Source: Rebecca billardiae RCC1528
Taxonomy: Eukaryota > Protista > Haptophyta
Assembly: GCA_965240325.2 (NCBI GenBank)
Contig: OZ251223.1
Coordinates: 992,001-1,056,000, forward strand
DNA: 64,000 nt
Reading direction: 5' to 3'
Shown here: positions 45,644 to 57,260 of the stretch, one piece after another
Position numbering within the stretch: the first letter of the stretch is position 1
Layout: every line of letters starts with the position of its first letter
Translations under genes and position numbers: made by a program
The notes under the pieces: generated by a model
Told to the model about the DNA's origin: nothing
Databases searched by the model: none
The model's input: only the letters and a program-made list of their open reading frames with translations

Positions 45644-47552
45644 GATCGGCTACGCCGATCTTCGGGTATAGTAAACAACGAAGTTGAGGGCGCACGGCCC
45701 TAGCTAGTTCCGCGCGTGGCTGCGTGCGCCAGCTGCGCGCACCCGCTGTGCCCGCGTTGAGCCCATGCGAGCGCCGCGCCTGCGAGCACACGCGGCGGCT
45801 CGACACAGCCGCACGGCTGACGGCAGTGTCGCTCGTGCGCCTGCCCGTGATCAGTCTCAGCTCTGAGGCGCGCGCTCAGGAGGGCTGCGGCCGGGCCGAG
45901 CGCGATCTGCGCAGACGGTACAGCCCGTGGTGGCTCATGGGCAGCCCGAGCCCAAAGCCCGCCTCCGCCATCCGCGTCACAGCCGGCCGCTCCAGCCGAG
46001 GTCTCGCGTGCTGCGCTGCAGCCGTGCTCGGCCGAACCGGACGCCCGCCGAGCCGAAGCCGGGCACGCGGCGGCTGACGGCAGTGTCGCTCGTGCGCCTG
46101 CCCGTGATCAGTCTCAGCTCTGAGGCGCGCGCTCAGGAGGGCTGCGGCCGGGCCGAGCGCGATCTGCGCAGACGGTACAGCCCGTGGTGGCTCATGGGCA
46201 GCCCGAGCCCAAAGCCCGCCTCCGCCATCCGCGTCACAGCCGGCCGCTCCAGCCGAGGTCTCGCGTGCTGCGCTGCAGCCGTGCTCGGCCGAACCGGACG
46301 CCCGCCGAGCCGAAGCCGGGCACGCGGCTGATGAGCAGTGGTAGCCAGGCGAAGCCGTCGTCGCGGGCGAAGCTGCGCTGGGTGATGCGGCTGAGCAGTC
46401 GGGTTACCGCGCACCGCGCGCGTGGCCGTGATGGGTCGGCACAGCCCAGTCAAAGACACGGCATCGTATCGCCCTCTGGCCGCCAGCAGCATCACCTCTG
46501 CCGTCTGCGAGCGACTCGTAGTTGCAGCAGCAGCTGCCAAGAGCTTGCACAAAGAAACTGCGCGACGCCGACGGGCGCGCCGACGCGCGTGGACGCGGGT
46601 CGGCACCGGGGCGGGGCGCGAGGGGGGAAAGAGGCACGAATGCGATGCCGACGGCCGTTGGGACCCACCGCAGCCGCGCGCACCTGCGCTGAGTCTGTCG
46701 GATTGAACGATCGTGCGGCGGCGGCCTACATGGGCAGTGGCGGCTTCTCGGCGCCTCGTTCGGAGCCTCGGCTGCCCGCCCGTCATGCGCGAGCCACAAA
46801 GGCCTTACCATGGTATAGTATTAATCATTAAGGGAGATATCATGAAGATTTGTCCGCTCAAGTTTATCGTTCATATTCGTCAAGCTGTCCCGGACGCGCC
46901 GGTATTAAATGGGAGAGAATCCGAAGGGTCGTGCGTGAAGCGGTAGAAATTCTTATGCTCATATATGATAACTTTCAGGCCCGTCAATGCGGGTGGCGAT
47001 TGCCACCCGCATTATGTCGTTCATCTGAAATACAAGAATTGGATTGCCACCGAACCAAATGTTAATGTTTGGTTCGCTTTATGCAGAATCTCGTTTCAGT
47101 TGAATGGCGGGCGATCGTCTTTCGTTGAAACGGTGTTTTTGAAGCGCAGTTCTCTTAAGAGAAGAGGGATGCGTCTAATCTAAAACGCTGTTTTTCAGAA
47201 GCGCGTGAATCAAAGCTGACGACCCAACCTATCGTTTCTATGGTTGGCGAGCTGTTTCAGGCTCTTACAATTCAGGCATCTTACTATGACGGAATGTTCT
47301 AACACACGGCTGGTGTTATGCGCTATTCCACCCTGCATTCCCCTAAGTGTTACTATCGTCAAAATTAAGGGGCAGTACAAACGCAATCATTGCGGCAGCG
47401 ATATCCACTCATACGCGGTGGCCACCTACCGAAAAATCCCCAAAATCCTGCGCGCATCCTCTTTTTGATTTTGCGGAGCACGTGCGCCGCCCCCCCCCCC
47501 CCCCCCGGCTTTCGCTCACGCTCAGACCTTTCGGGGGGGGGGGGCGTGCGCC
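45644..47552. mobile_element. Non-autonomous (TA)n-flanked element D2, same terminal architecture as D1; internal 257-bp tandem duplication (45814-46330)
   Basis: Hairpin GATCGGC-TAC-GCCGATC at 45644-45660; CAAC-GAA-GTTG at 45676-45686; IR GGCGCACG (45689) / CGTGCGCC (47545-47552); flanked by TATA runs. Confidence 0.6.
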
Positions 47553-48311
47553 ATAATATAATATTTATGCTGCATCCGCTTTGTCCTTGATGACAGACAG
47601 TTTCATGCCGGCCAGTACGCGAGCAGGCTGCAACTACTGTAGTCGGATACGGCCTGCTCCGAGCCCGGACTACGGTACGGCGCGCCGCGCGCCGGGCCCG
47701 TAGTGCCCTCGTCACCTCAGGACAGTATGAGTGGTACTGTTAACTGCTGAGGGCGCGCGCGACTCTGTCGTCTGCTTTGTCAAGATCTGAGTAGTCGGAG
47801 TCGGCGCCGAGGTCCACCCCCTGACGGCCCTGACAGCGGGCAGACCCGGGCTGCGGCATGGTGACGACCCGTCGACCCGGCGCCTATACGACGCCGGTCC
47901 GCGGCCGCTGGTCGTCGCGGACTGACCACCTAGTGAGTGGTGGCAGACCATCACTTGAATCACCGCCGTCGCAGCACTGCAGCAAGTGCTCGTCAAACAG
48001 ATCGAGTGTCACTCGTTCACTGAAGTCGTCCTCACTGACACTCGGACTGTGTCCGCAGGCGCCGGCCCTACGCCAGTGAGTCGTAGCACTTGACCGACCT
48101 GGTAGTTACTGGGTCTAATAGCCGAAGCGCGTTATTTGACTTATTATAATCGTTATATATATTATGTTTAATGACTGCTGCTAATGCTGGTCAGTCTGCC
48201 GCCGACGAATCAGGAGACCCGCGTCGTCCTACCTGCTGCTGTGTCGTTAAATCATGTATATATATATATATTAACGACGTGGTATTATATATATAGAATG
48301 AGTCTAGGCAG

Positions 48312-48378
<67 letters not shown>
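48312..48378. repeat. (TA)n(TG)n compound microsatellite
   Basis: Read directly from the sequence. Confidence 0.95.
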
Positions 48379-48380
<2 letters not shown>

Positions 48381-48592
48381 GAGTCTAGTATTATAATAAT
48401 GCGGAATATGTTTATGTAGCCGTGCTGTCGCCACCGAATTTCTTGCTGATGACGTTGCATCAGCAGTCGTGCTGTCACTACGCGGCGTAGGACTTCCTGC
48501 CCGTTGTGCCTACTCGTGTAAAATAATACTCTGAATGGCACCTGCCAGAGTCATCAGCACTGAGATATAGCTTATATATATAGTCTCATGAG

Positions 48593-49387
48593 TCATGGTG
48601 CAGGCTCCTGTGGTGCGGCTGAGGCTGGCACCTCGATCTCACCTGCGCCGAGGCCCTCGGAATCCGCGTCTTCAGGTGCCTGCTCCTCAGCTGTGACAGG
48701 CTCCGGGCCCGGCACTTCCGCCGCGACGGACCCGTTGGAATCGACCTCGACTCTGGGCAACGCTGACTCCATCATAGACGTCAATTGCTTCTCGTAGAGC
48801 TTCCAGCAGCCGATGACGACAGTCCCCATGCCGACGATGAACGCCAGCGCCAGCAAGTTGTTCTTGACAGCATCCACCTTGTCCTTCTCGATGATGATAC
48901 GCAGCTCGGCGAGCTTCTGCTCGTTGGCTTTCACGGCATCATTCAGGCGCTCTGCTTGCGCGTCAAGCATCTCGGTGACGCGGCCCTTCTCGAGGTTGAG
49001 ATCGAGCTTGGACGAAGCATTTGCCTTGTCATGCTCATGCTTGAAGTCGACCCGGGTCGCCTCGATCTCTGCCTTGAATCGGGCAAGTTCGTCTTTGACC
49101 AGGTCGCTTGCGAGCTTGTGCTGCGCGTCCAAATGTGCCTTCATCAGCTCGGCGTTACGCGCTTCGTCTGCCTGCACCGCGCTCCTTGCCTCGTCGATGA
49201 ACCTTGTCAGCGAATCGTTGATGATCTCCTTGACAACGAGGGCCTGCTGACGGGTGAAGCCGTTCTGCTCGAGCGCCAAGACGACGGCGTACGTGTCGAA
49301 CGACGGCCGCCCTCCCAACCCGGACAGCCCGCGCCGGGATGCGAGAGCGCTCACGCCGTGGGTGAGCGATGGCAGCCGCCGCCACAT
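48593..49387 (-). CDS. CCDC90/MCUR1/FMP32-like (DUF1640) mitochondrial protein
   Basis: Mitochondrial-type leader MWRRL..RRGLS; FDTYAVVLALEQNGFTRQQA; KLDLNLEKGR; coiled coil then C-terminal TM. Confidence 0.88.
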   Translation of the reverse strand: MWRRLPSLTHGVSALASRRGLSGLGGRPSFDTYAVVLALEQNGFTRQQALVVKEIINDSLTRFIDEARSAVQADEARNAELMKAHLDAQHKLASDLVKDELARFKAEIEATRVDFKHEHDKANASSKLDLNLEKGRVTEMLDAQAERLNDAVKANEQKLAELRIIIEKDKVDAVKNNLLALAFIVGMGTVVIGCWKLYEKQLTSMMESALPRVEVDSNGSVAAEVPGPEPVTAEEQAPEDADSEGLGAGEIEVPASAAPQEPAP

Positions 49388-49558
49388 GATGCAGCGGTCA
49401 CGGTGGAGCTCGCGATCTCGGCTGCGACGCTCCGGTCGCCTCGGTCCCTTCAGCCGCGCGCCGTGCCATCGTGATTTGCGCGTCACCGGGACCGTCGCCG
49501 ACCGTCACACCGACTCGTTCGTCCGCGCGACCGGGTGGGGCCTGCTTGCAGCTGCGAA

Positions 49559-50542
49559 ATGGCCGCCCTCTTCTTGACCACCATGAGTCTTTCCGCGGCG
49601 AGCATGCACGGGGCGCGCTTCGCGAGCGCGCGCGGGGCGCTCCCGACGAGGAGTGCCGTGGCGCGCAGCAACGTTGACATGGCCGCCGCCGTGCCGCCGA
49701 TTGGGGCGCCTGTCACTGAGCTCATGGCCAAGCACCGGCCCGCGCTGGACGAGCTGCTCGCGCGCACGGCTGACGCACGTGCCGCCGATGAGGCCGGCGG
49801 ATGCGATGAGGTGTGGACGCTGCGCTTCGTGCTTGATGAGCCCGATGTGGGGGTGGCCGAGGCGAGCTTGCGCAACGTCCTCGCTTGGCGAGCCGGGGAG
49901 GGCCGCGCCATCGTGCGCGCGGCCGCCGACGCGATCAGTGCCGCCACAGCCGGAGGCGCGTGGGACAACGAGGCCGTCGTGTCGCGCGCGCCGCACGCCG
50001 AGCGCGTGCGTCCGTACATTGGTGCGGCGCAGGTGCAGACCATTCCGTCCAAGGACGGCTCGTACCTCATCTACACGATCCGTGCGTCCGCCATCGACGA
50101 CGTCGGTCTGATGGAGCAGGTGTCGAGCTCCGAGCTGGCGGAGTTCTTCGTGTACGCCAAGGAGGTCAACGCTGTCGTTGCGAACGAGCGCACGCGGCAG
50201 ACGGGGCGGCTGGTGTGCATGGTGACGGCCAACGACCTCACCGGGATCAACCTGTTTGGCGCCGCTGACTTTCGCGCCGCGCTCTCCGCCGCGTCCAAGG
50301 CCACCGCCGATCTGTACCCGGCGACCTCCGGGCCGACCATCCTCCTCAACCTGCCACGACTTCTCGGAGCCCTCGTCAAGCTCTTCACCCCGCTCTTTCC
50401 GAAGGCCGTGCTGGAGCGGCTGCGGTTCGAGTCTGGGCCGCTCAAGGGCGTAAACGACCTGACGCTGCTCCTGCGCTCCGCCAGCGGCGCGGAGCGCGAG
50501 CGCTATCTTGCGGACATCCACGCGACGCTGGGGCTGAGCTGA
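49559..50542 (+). CDS. CRAL-TRIO/Sec14-like lipid-binding protein with plastid-type leader
   Basis: DEVWTLRFV..LAWR, NDLTG, LYP...ILLNLP..L.ALVKLFTPLFPKAVLERLRF. Confidence 0.75.
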   Translation: MAALFLTTMSLSAASMHGARFASARGALPTRSAVARSNVDMAAAVPPIGAPVTELMAKHRPALDELLARTADARAADEAGGCDEVWTLRFVLDEPDVGVAEASLRNVLAWRAGEGRAIVRAAADAISAATAGGAWDNEAVVSRAPHAERVRPYIGAAQVQTIPSKDGSYLIYTIRASAIDDVGLMEQVSSSELAEFFVYAKEVNAVVANERTRQTGRLVCMVTANDLTGINLFGAADFRAALSAASKATADLYPATSGPTILLNLPRLLGALVKLFTPLFPKAVLERLRFESGPLKGVNDLTLLLRSASGAERERYLADIHATLGLS

Positions 50543-50926
50543 TTCACCCCTGTGCAATGGCGGTGCAGCTGGGAGCCCTAGATCGGTCGTCGTCAGCATG
50601 CTGATGCTGGATTGCTGCTATGTGGCAACGCGGACTCAACTCGTGCCCGTGGACGGCAGCTCCTGCGCAGTTGGCAACACTGGCGGCCTGATCACTCTGA
50701 ACTCTGATGACGGGCGCGCCGGAGTCCCGGGGTACGCGGGACGGGCCGGGGCGGGGCGCGGACCTTGGTCGCTGATGTGATCTCCGTCTTAGACTTAGAT
50801 TTAGGATTCTAGAATTCACCTCAGCTGCTGGTACGATCGACAGTAGTTTGCTAATGATAGATATAGTACCCCCATACTGGTAGAACAAGAGACGCTTCAC
50901 AGCCCAGCTGCAGGCGGCGAGATTCT

Positions 50927-53900
50927 TATGGCGGGCCGTAGGTCCGCCCCTTGTAGTGCCCGGGAAAAAGATAAGAAAAAGAAAATGAAAAAAGAAAATC
51001 GCCTCGCAAAGAAAAGAAAATCGCCTCGCTCACTGCCGGGTCGCTTCGCTCACTACCGGGCGCCCTCGCAGCTCCCACTGGGGACGCTCGGCCGAAAACC
51101 ATCTTGGCCATGGCGCGGAGCGCATGGGCCGCGCGCGCCAAATCCAACGCCGGCGCGGACATTGTGAGAGGACTCCCTAGACGGGTTTTCGCCCGATTCG
51201 CGATTGCTGCCCTCGTCGTCTTGCGTGCAGGTCGAACGGGGGCTAAATCGACGCGTTTGGAGCGATACGCTCGGCGCGTCGACACGATCGTGCGACCTGG
51301 GGCGATCCTCGCCGGACGTGCACGTCGAACGCTCGCACCGGTCATAGCATCAAGCGCTGCGCACGATGACCGCTTCGCTCGATTCACCGTCGCGCGTCGG
51401 GCTCGGTGCGGAACGGCCCTCATCACGAGGCGTCTCGCGGGCGGGAAGCGCCATCGCACGCGACGCAAGCTTTGGCGCGGCCTTCTGAACACCATACCGG
51501 ATTACCGGAATCCGCGCACCGGACTCAGTCGTCGCTCGCGGTCCCTCAGCCGAAGCCCACGTCCGGCCTGCATGGCGTCGACGGTGACCAATGCGACGGA
51601 GGCGCAGCGCGAAGCGGCGTACGAGGCGCACCACACGCACCTGCCGGTTCTGCCGCCGTGGCCGGAATCGCGTCTTCGCGAGTCGGCGACTGAGGCGACA
51701 ACGCGCTATAAGCGATCCCAGGTGCGCATCCGCGACGAGATGAAACGTCGCGCGTGCAAGATCGCCGCGCCATCCTTGTCCATGGCACGAGCGCTGCGGG
51801 ACGAGGCCGACGTCGTGAAGCCAGTGGCACATGCGCTGCGCTTCCTGTGCCTGCTCGAGCAGCGCGTGCCCACTGCCTCGATCGCGAGTGGCACACGCTC
51901 TCGCACTGCGCGCGCGCGCACCGCCGACAGCTCCTGATACCGCCGAACGTGCGGGTGCCGGACCTGTCGCGCGAAGCGGCGAGCGCCGACGAGCGCTTGG
52001 ACCTGGACGCGTTGTTGCACAGCGTGGCGGCCGTGACATTGAACCGTCACCGTCAGGCGTCACAAGCAAGCCGCCGTCGCACGCCAATCAGTTGGCAGTG
52101 CGTGCGCGCAGTCGACGGCTCGGCACGATGACGAGTAGCGCAGTGGGTGCACGAATACGCGCGCAATCACACTGTCGGTGAGATCATCAGAGTCATCTGT
52201 CGCGTTATTATTCGTCAGTGAGTCAGGTAGCTCACCATCATCTGTGTGTCGGATTGTTATTCGTCATCCTGCCCGTCATGAAACCGCTAAATAAAAGGCA
52301 CGAACCCGCTGGGGAAATATTGCGACAGCACTGGCACGGCCCGCCGACCGAGGCCACTCCACCGAAATCGTGCCCGTCCCGGGCTAGCCGCTCCACTGGC
52401 GTCCCGGGCTAGGCCCGGGACGCTCCGAGCGCGTCCCGGGCTAGCTGGCGCAGCGCGAGATAGTATTGAGCTCATAGGCGATGCCGCCGCGCCGCGTGCG
52501 CGCGCTCCGTCTCGCGCTGGCTGCGGCCGGGAGCGCGCGCGGCAAGCCGGCGCGTGCGGTCGGGCACCGGCGCTGAGGTATAGTGTGCCCATCCGCGCCC
52601 TCGGCTTGTGTCTGCGCGCCCTCCTCCGCCGCTGCGGGGCGCGCGTGTGGTCGCGCTGCCTCGCTCTCTGGGCGCACCAAAAGCGCGAGCGCGCAACGGG
52701 TCACATGTGGCGTGTCGGACCCAACGCGTGCTCGCCTGGCGTGGGCTTTGGGTTCGTTATGGCCCTGGTCACGCGCGACGCCGGCCGTGCCCAGCCTTCT
52801 GACCGCGCGCAGCGCGCGTAGCACTGGCAGTCCCAGCTGCAGTCGAGCTGACCCGTCGGGGCTCGGCGGCACCCAGCCACTCGCAGGCGGCCGTGATCAG
52901 TCGACGCGTGAGTTAGACGGCGGCTACACACCAGGCAGGTCGCGCTCTGCCGCGTGCAGGGCGGTTGCACAGCCACAAGTGCCCCCGCGATCGCGGCGCG
53001 CTCGGGTACGAACAAGAGCGCAGTATTTTGTTGCATGCGCGCCGCCGGCAGGTGGCGAGCTGGGCCGTGCGGGTCGGTGTGGCTGGCGGGCGCGCTCGCG
53101 TGCGTGGCATGAGCGAGCGCGCCGCCGCCCTCGCCTGCCGCCCACGTCGCGCGCCGCGCGGCCGCGCGGCCTACGTCGCTTCGGCGCTCGCGCGGCCGGC
53201 AGCTCCCGACGGCAGCGTGGCCGGAAGGCGGCACGGGCGCGGCACTGCGCTTGGCTGGCAAATACGCTGCAGTATTCATACATCACCTTGGCATACGGAG
53301 CAGCCAGCTGCAAAGTAGGGCATGGTCACTGCCGTTGCCATGTCGTCAAGCCGTGAGCGCGCAGCAGCGGCATGAGCAATACCGCATGACGAGATGGATG
53401 CACAGCACAGCTACTGTGTACTTTGGCTCTGGCTGGCGGTGGCCGGGTGCGTGCCCAGAGCATGTCAGCTGAGACTGGAACAGCGCTGCATCGTGGTGTA
53501 CCAGTGTTCGGAGGCCACCGTAGATGAGCGGAAGTTGGCTCACACCGGGTGACGGGCCTGTCACGCACAGCCCCAGGCCCTGCCCATCAGCGCGCGCATA
53601 CTGTAGCCGTGGCTCGGCCTTGTCATTGGCTAGCGTATCGTACTTGGCAGCAGCCGAGCACCTCCGTGCACTGAGCTGCGTGTTGCGCCGTGATTTGTGG
53701 ATGATGCGTGATGGCTTCGTCGCACCACGCGTGTATCCTCGCACGGACCCGCCAGATGGGTGCTGCTCCGGCAGCCCCAGCCCGTGACAAGTCGGCACGA
53801 ATGTGCGCATTCGAGGCCTCATCAGGGACTGCTGTATATTCAGTCAGGACTCGCTTGACGCTCCTAAGTAAAGCGCTTTCATCCGGGCTCTTCATCATTG

Positions 53901-55388
53901 CCTCCGTCGATTCAACGGACGCCGTGGCCGTGGCAGGTACCAACGTCACAACTGACGCCACCTTAGGCACCATCCCACTTCGCTTAGGGCGTGTGCCTAT
54001 GCGACAGCATCCAGTCGTCTTATGCGTGCGCACGCAGCCGCTCGCAAGCCGAGGCGGTGCCGCTCACTGAGCGTGTGCAGCGTTCGGGCTACGCACCTCG
54101 GTTGTGGCCGACTCTGGCGCAAGTGCAGGCTGCCGTACGCCACTGGGTCTCCGCAACAAGGGCAAGAGGGGCGACGCAACATCTCGGTGCGTGCGCATAC
54201 CTTCTGCTCACGTATGCTGTGATTTGTGACCAGCCATGGGCATTGTCAATCTACCGAGCCCGCAGGGTGAGGTTTGCCGCGGACGACAGTCAGTCAGCCT
54301 GCTGAGCTGTTATTGTACCACCCCAGAATCCGTGAGCACTGCCGGACATCAAGATACGAGCAGACACGTGGCATGCGGGCACTCATAGACGCAAGACCGC
54401 CGGCATCAACCTCTTCACCCGCCGCCCCGCTCGCGAACTAGTAAGGACCAGCTCTTCAGCTGGCCCACGGCAGCCACTGTGTCCGATGTCCACGGGAGCT
54501 GCCGGCCGCGCGAGCGCCGAAGCGACGTAGGCCGCGCGGCCGCGCAGCCGCGCGGCGCGCGACGTGGGCGGCAGGCGAGGGCGGCGGCGCGCTCGCTCAT
54601 GCCACGCACGCGAGCGCGCCCGCCAGCCACACCGACCCGCACGGCCCAGCTCGCCACCTGCCGGCGGCGCGCATGCAACAAAATACTGCGCTCTTGTTCG
54701 TACCCGAGCGCGCCGCGATCGCGGGGGCACTTGTGGCTGTGCAACCGCCCTGCACGCGGCAGAGCGCGACCTGCCTGGTGTGTAGCCGCCGCCGTCTAAC
54801 TCACGCGTCGACTGATCACGGCCGCCTGCGAGTGGCTGGGTGCCGCCGAGCCCCGACGGGTCAGCTCGACTGCAGCTGGGACTGCCAGTGCTACGCGCGC
54901 TGCGCGCGGTCAGAAGGCTGGGCACGGCCGGCGTCGCGCGTGACCAGGGCCATAACGAACCCAAAGCCCACGCCAGGCGAGCACGCGTTGGGTCCGACAC
55001 GCCACATGTGACCCGTTGCGCGCTCGCGCTTTCGGTGCGCCCAGAGAGCGAGGCAGCGCGACCACACGCGCGCCCCGCAGCGGCGGAGGAGGGCGCGCAG
55101 ACACAAGCCGAGGGCGCGGATGGGCACACTATACCTCAGCGCCGGTGCCCGACCGCACGCGCCGGCTTGCCGCGCGCGCTCCCGGCCGCAGCCAGCGCGA
55201 GACGGAGCGCGCGCACGCGGCGCGGCGGCATCGCCTATGAGCTCAATACTATCTCGCGCTGCGCCAGCTAGCCCGGGACGCGCTCGGAGCGTCCCGGGCC
55301 TAGCCCGGGACGCCAGTGGAGCGGCTAGCCCGGGACGGGCACGATTTCGGTGGAGTGGCCTCCGACCCCCCCGCCCGCCAGGGCAGAG
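50927..55388 (+). mobile_element. Helitron2/Helentron-like non-autonomous element B, copy 1 (interrupted by element C)
   Basis: 5' TATGGCGGGCCGTAGGTCCGCC (IR overlapping a hairpin); subterminal ACGGCCCGCC; 3' GCCC-GCCA-GGGC-AGAG followed by a T run; no TSD; homologous to 57261-58906. Confidence 0.7.
52350..55362. mobile_element. Foldback DNA transposon C with ~860-bp TIRs and 5-bp TSD (CGACC)
   Basis: Arms 52350-53208 and 54493-55362 are near-perfect inverted copies (GAGGCCACTCC...GGAGTGGCCTC). CGACC at 52345-52349 and 55363-55367; the empty site is present in B copy 2. Confidence 0.92.
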
Positions 55389-55529
55389 TTTTTAGTTAGT
55401 GGTGAGCAGCGACGGGCGCTCGCCGAGCGCAGCCGGCCGCCTGGCTGTCTGGCTGGCATCCCGCCGCCCGTCGTCGCGTGCTGGGTGCGCGCCGCGCGCT
55501 CGGAGGTGGACCCGCAGCGTCAGTACGAG

Positions 55530-55622
55530 CGCGTGCTGTTCGTCGACGCTGCGTGCGGCGGCGGCAATGGCGGCTTCGGCGCGGTGGACGCGGGCGCGGA
55601 CGGCGTGCTGTACGTCGAGTAC
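55530..55622 (+). pseudogene. Possible degenerate C5 DNA methyltransferase motif I-II fragment
   Basis: RVLFVDAACGGGNGGFGAVDAGADGVLYVEY resembles the vDLFcGxGG..G...AG...v..vE pattern; no PC motif seen downstream. Confidence 0.3.
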
Positions 55623-57260
55623 CGCCACACGCCAGAGCTCATGCTGCTCAAGCGCGCACGCGCCGCAAATTTGCGGGCCAACGTGGGGCGTCTGCTTCGG
55701 AGTAGGCGCGTCGCGAGCAGCGACGCGCCGACAGCCCTAGGCAGGGTGCCGCTCGTGCAGTCGGCGGCCGAGTCCCAGTCGGGAGTGACGAGCGTCCCGG
55801 AGCAGGCCGTAGGTAGACGTCACGGTCGGCCGCGCCGACACGAGTCACGCGCGGTGCGCTCGGCGCGATGCCCCCCGCTTAGGCGGATATCATGAGGTGG
55901 CGGATGGGTGATGAAGACTACTGCTATGAAGGCCAGTCATTGCGCCGCAGGCGCGCTCTGCAGAGCTCTGGGACCACTTCCTGCACTGCGACGGCCTGCC
56001 CGGGCCCGCGGCACGCGCCTGCCGCAGCACCCAATGGGCCTGCGCCCGCCTGCTCAATCGGGGTGCGAGCCCCTTACGTATTTACAGACGGTCTCTGCTG
56101 GAGACCGTCTCTGGGGAGCCCGGCCCAGAGACGGTCTCTGGCCGCCAGCCGCCAAAGACGGTCTCTGCTGGAGACCGTTTTCTCGGTGGCGCCACTGGCG
56201 CGAGCGCTCCCGGGGCTGTGCCGCCGCGGGGCTGCTGGCTCCGTTCGCCGCCAAGCGCCATGCCGGCCCCGCCCTGGAACGGCGCTAGCACACGAGACCG
56301 CGTACAGTACTGCGCGCCGTGGATGCACTACGCAGCAGCTACGCTGTGCAGCGACTCACGCGCTCCAACTTGTGGTGCCACGCGCTTGCGCGCTCGCGCG
56401 AACGCGTGTGTTCGAACGCACCTGTGCTTGCTCGCACGCGAGAGGTCTGACTTGATGCTGACGAGCGTGGTGGCTCATGGCTCGCGAGAGGAGCCACATG
56501 CCACACTCTTTCTCCCCGCCCCCGAGCCCTCTCTCGCGCGTGGCTGTGACAAGTACGCGCGCGCACGTTCTGAGCGCCGCAGCGCAACATGGCGCGCTCA
56601 CTCACACTTCGCGCGCACCGTCTCCTGCCGCAGACGACCAGCCCGTGCGCGTCGCGCGCCTTGCCCGAAAGGTGTGCGAGCAGCTGGCCCGAGCAGATCG
56701 ATCGCCGGGCGCGCCGAGCAGTCTGCGCCCACGCCGCTGACCGGCGTGGGCGATGCAGGTTGGCGGATCACCTTACTGTGCGCTGGCCTCGGCGCAGCAG
56801 CCAAGTTACCCGCGCAGCAGCCCTGGAGGTGCTTGGGGGCGCGCGCTCGGCCGTGGAGGCGCCCGCGCAGGCAAAGTGTATAGCTGAGCAGCCGCGAGAG
56901 AGCGCGCAGCGCCCTTCCATGTCAGGCGCCTCCCTCATAGGCACGTTCAGCACGTCTCGGGGCAGTGCTCGCACCCCCCCTTACGTGTGCCGACACTCGA
57001 CAGTGACAGTGTGCGTCTCTCTCACAGTATTCTGAATTCTTGTATGTAGTAAACTGTACAGCAGTTCAGTTCCGCTACTGATGGTACGATGGTACGACGC
57101 ACAAACACTCATCACCGAATGAAATACTGAAGACTGTACAGTTTACTACTGTAAGAATAAGAGACGCACACAGCTCAGGCAGGCGAGTAATACTAATAAC
57201 GATGAAGACGACACTCTGGTCTGATTGGCTGATGATTGTTGACTTAATCATCGTCGTCAA

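Noticed and set aside
46326-46360. Hammerhead ribozyme (CTGATGAG...GAA)
   Set aside because: The conserved GAAA and convincing stems I-III are missing.
53209-54492. Transposase inside foldback element C
   Set aside because: Only short, broken ORFs with no recognisable catalytic motif.
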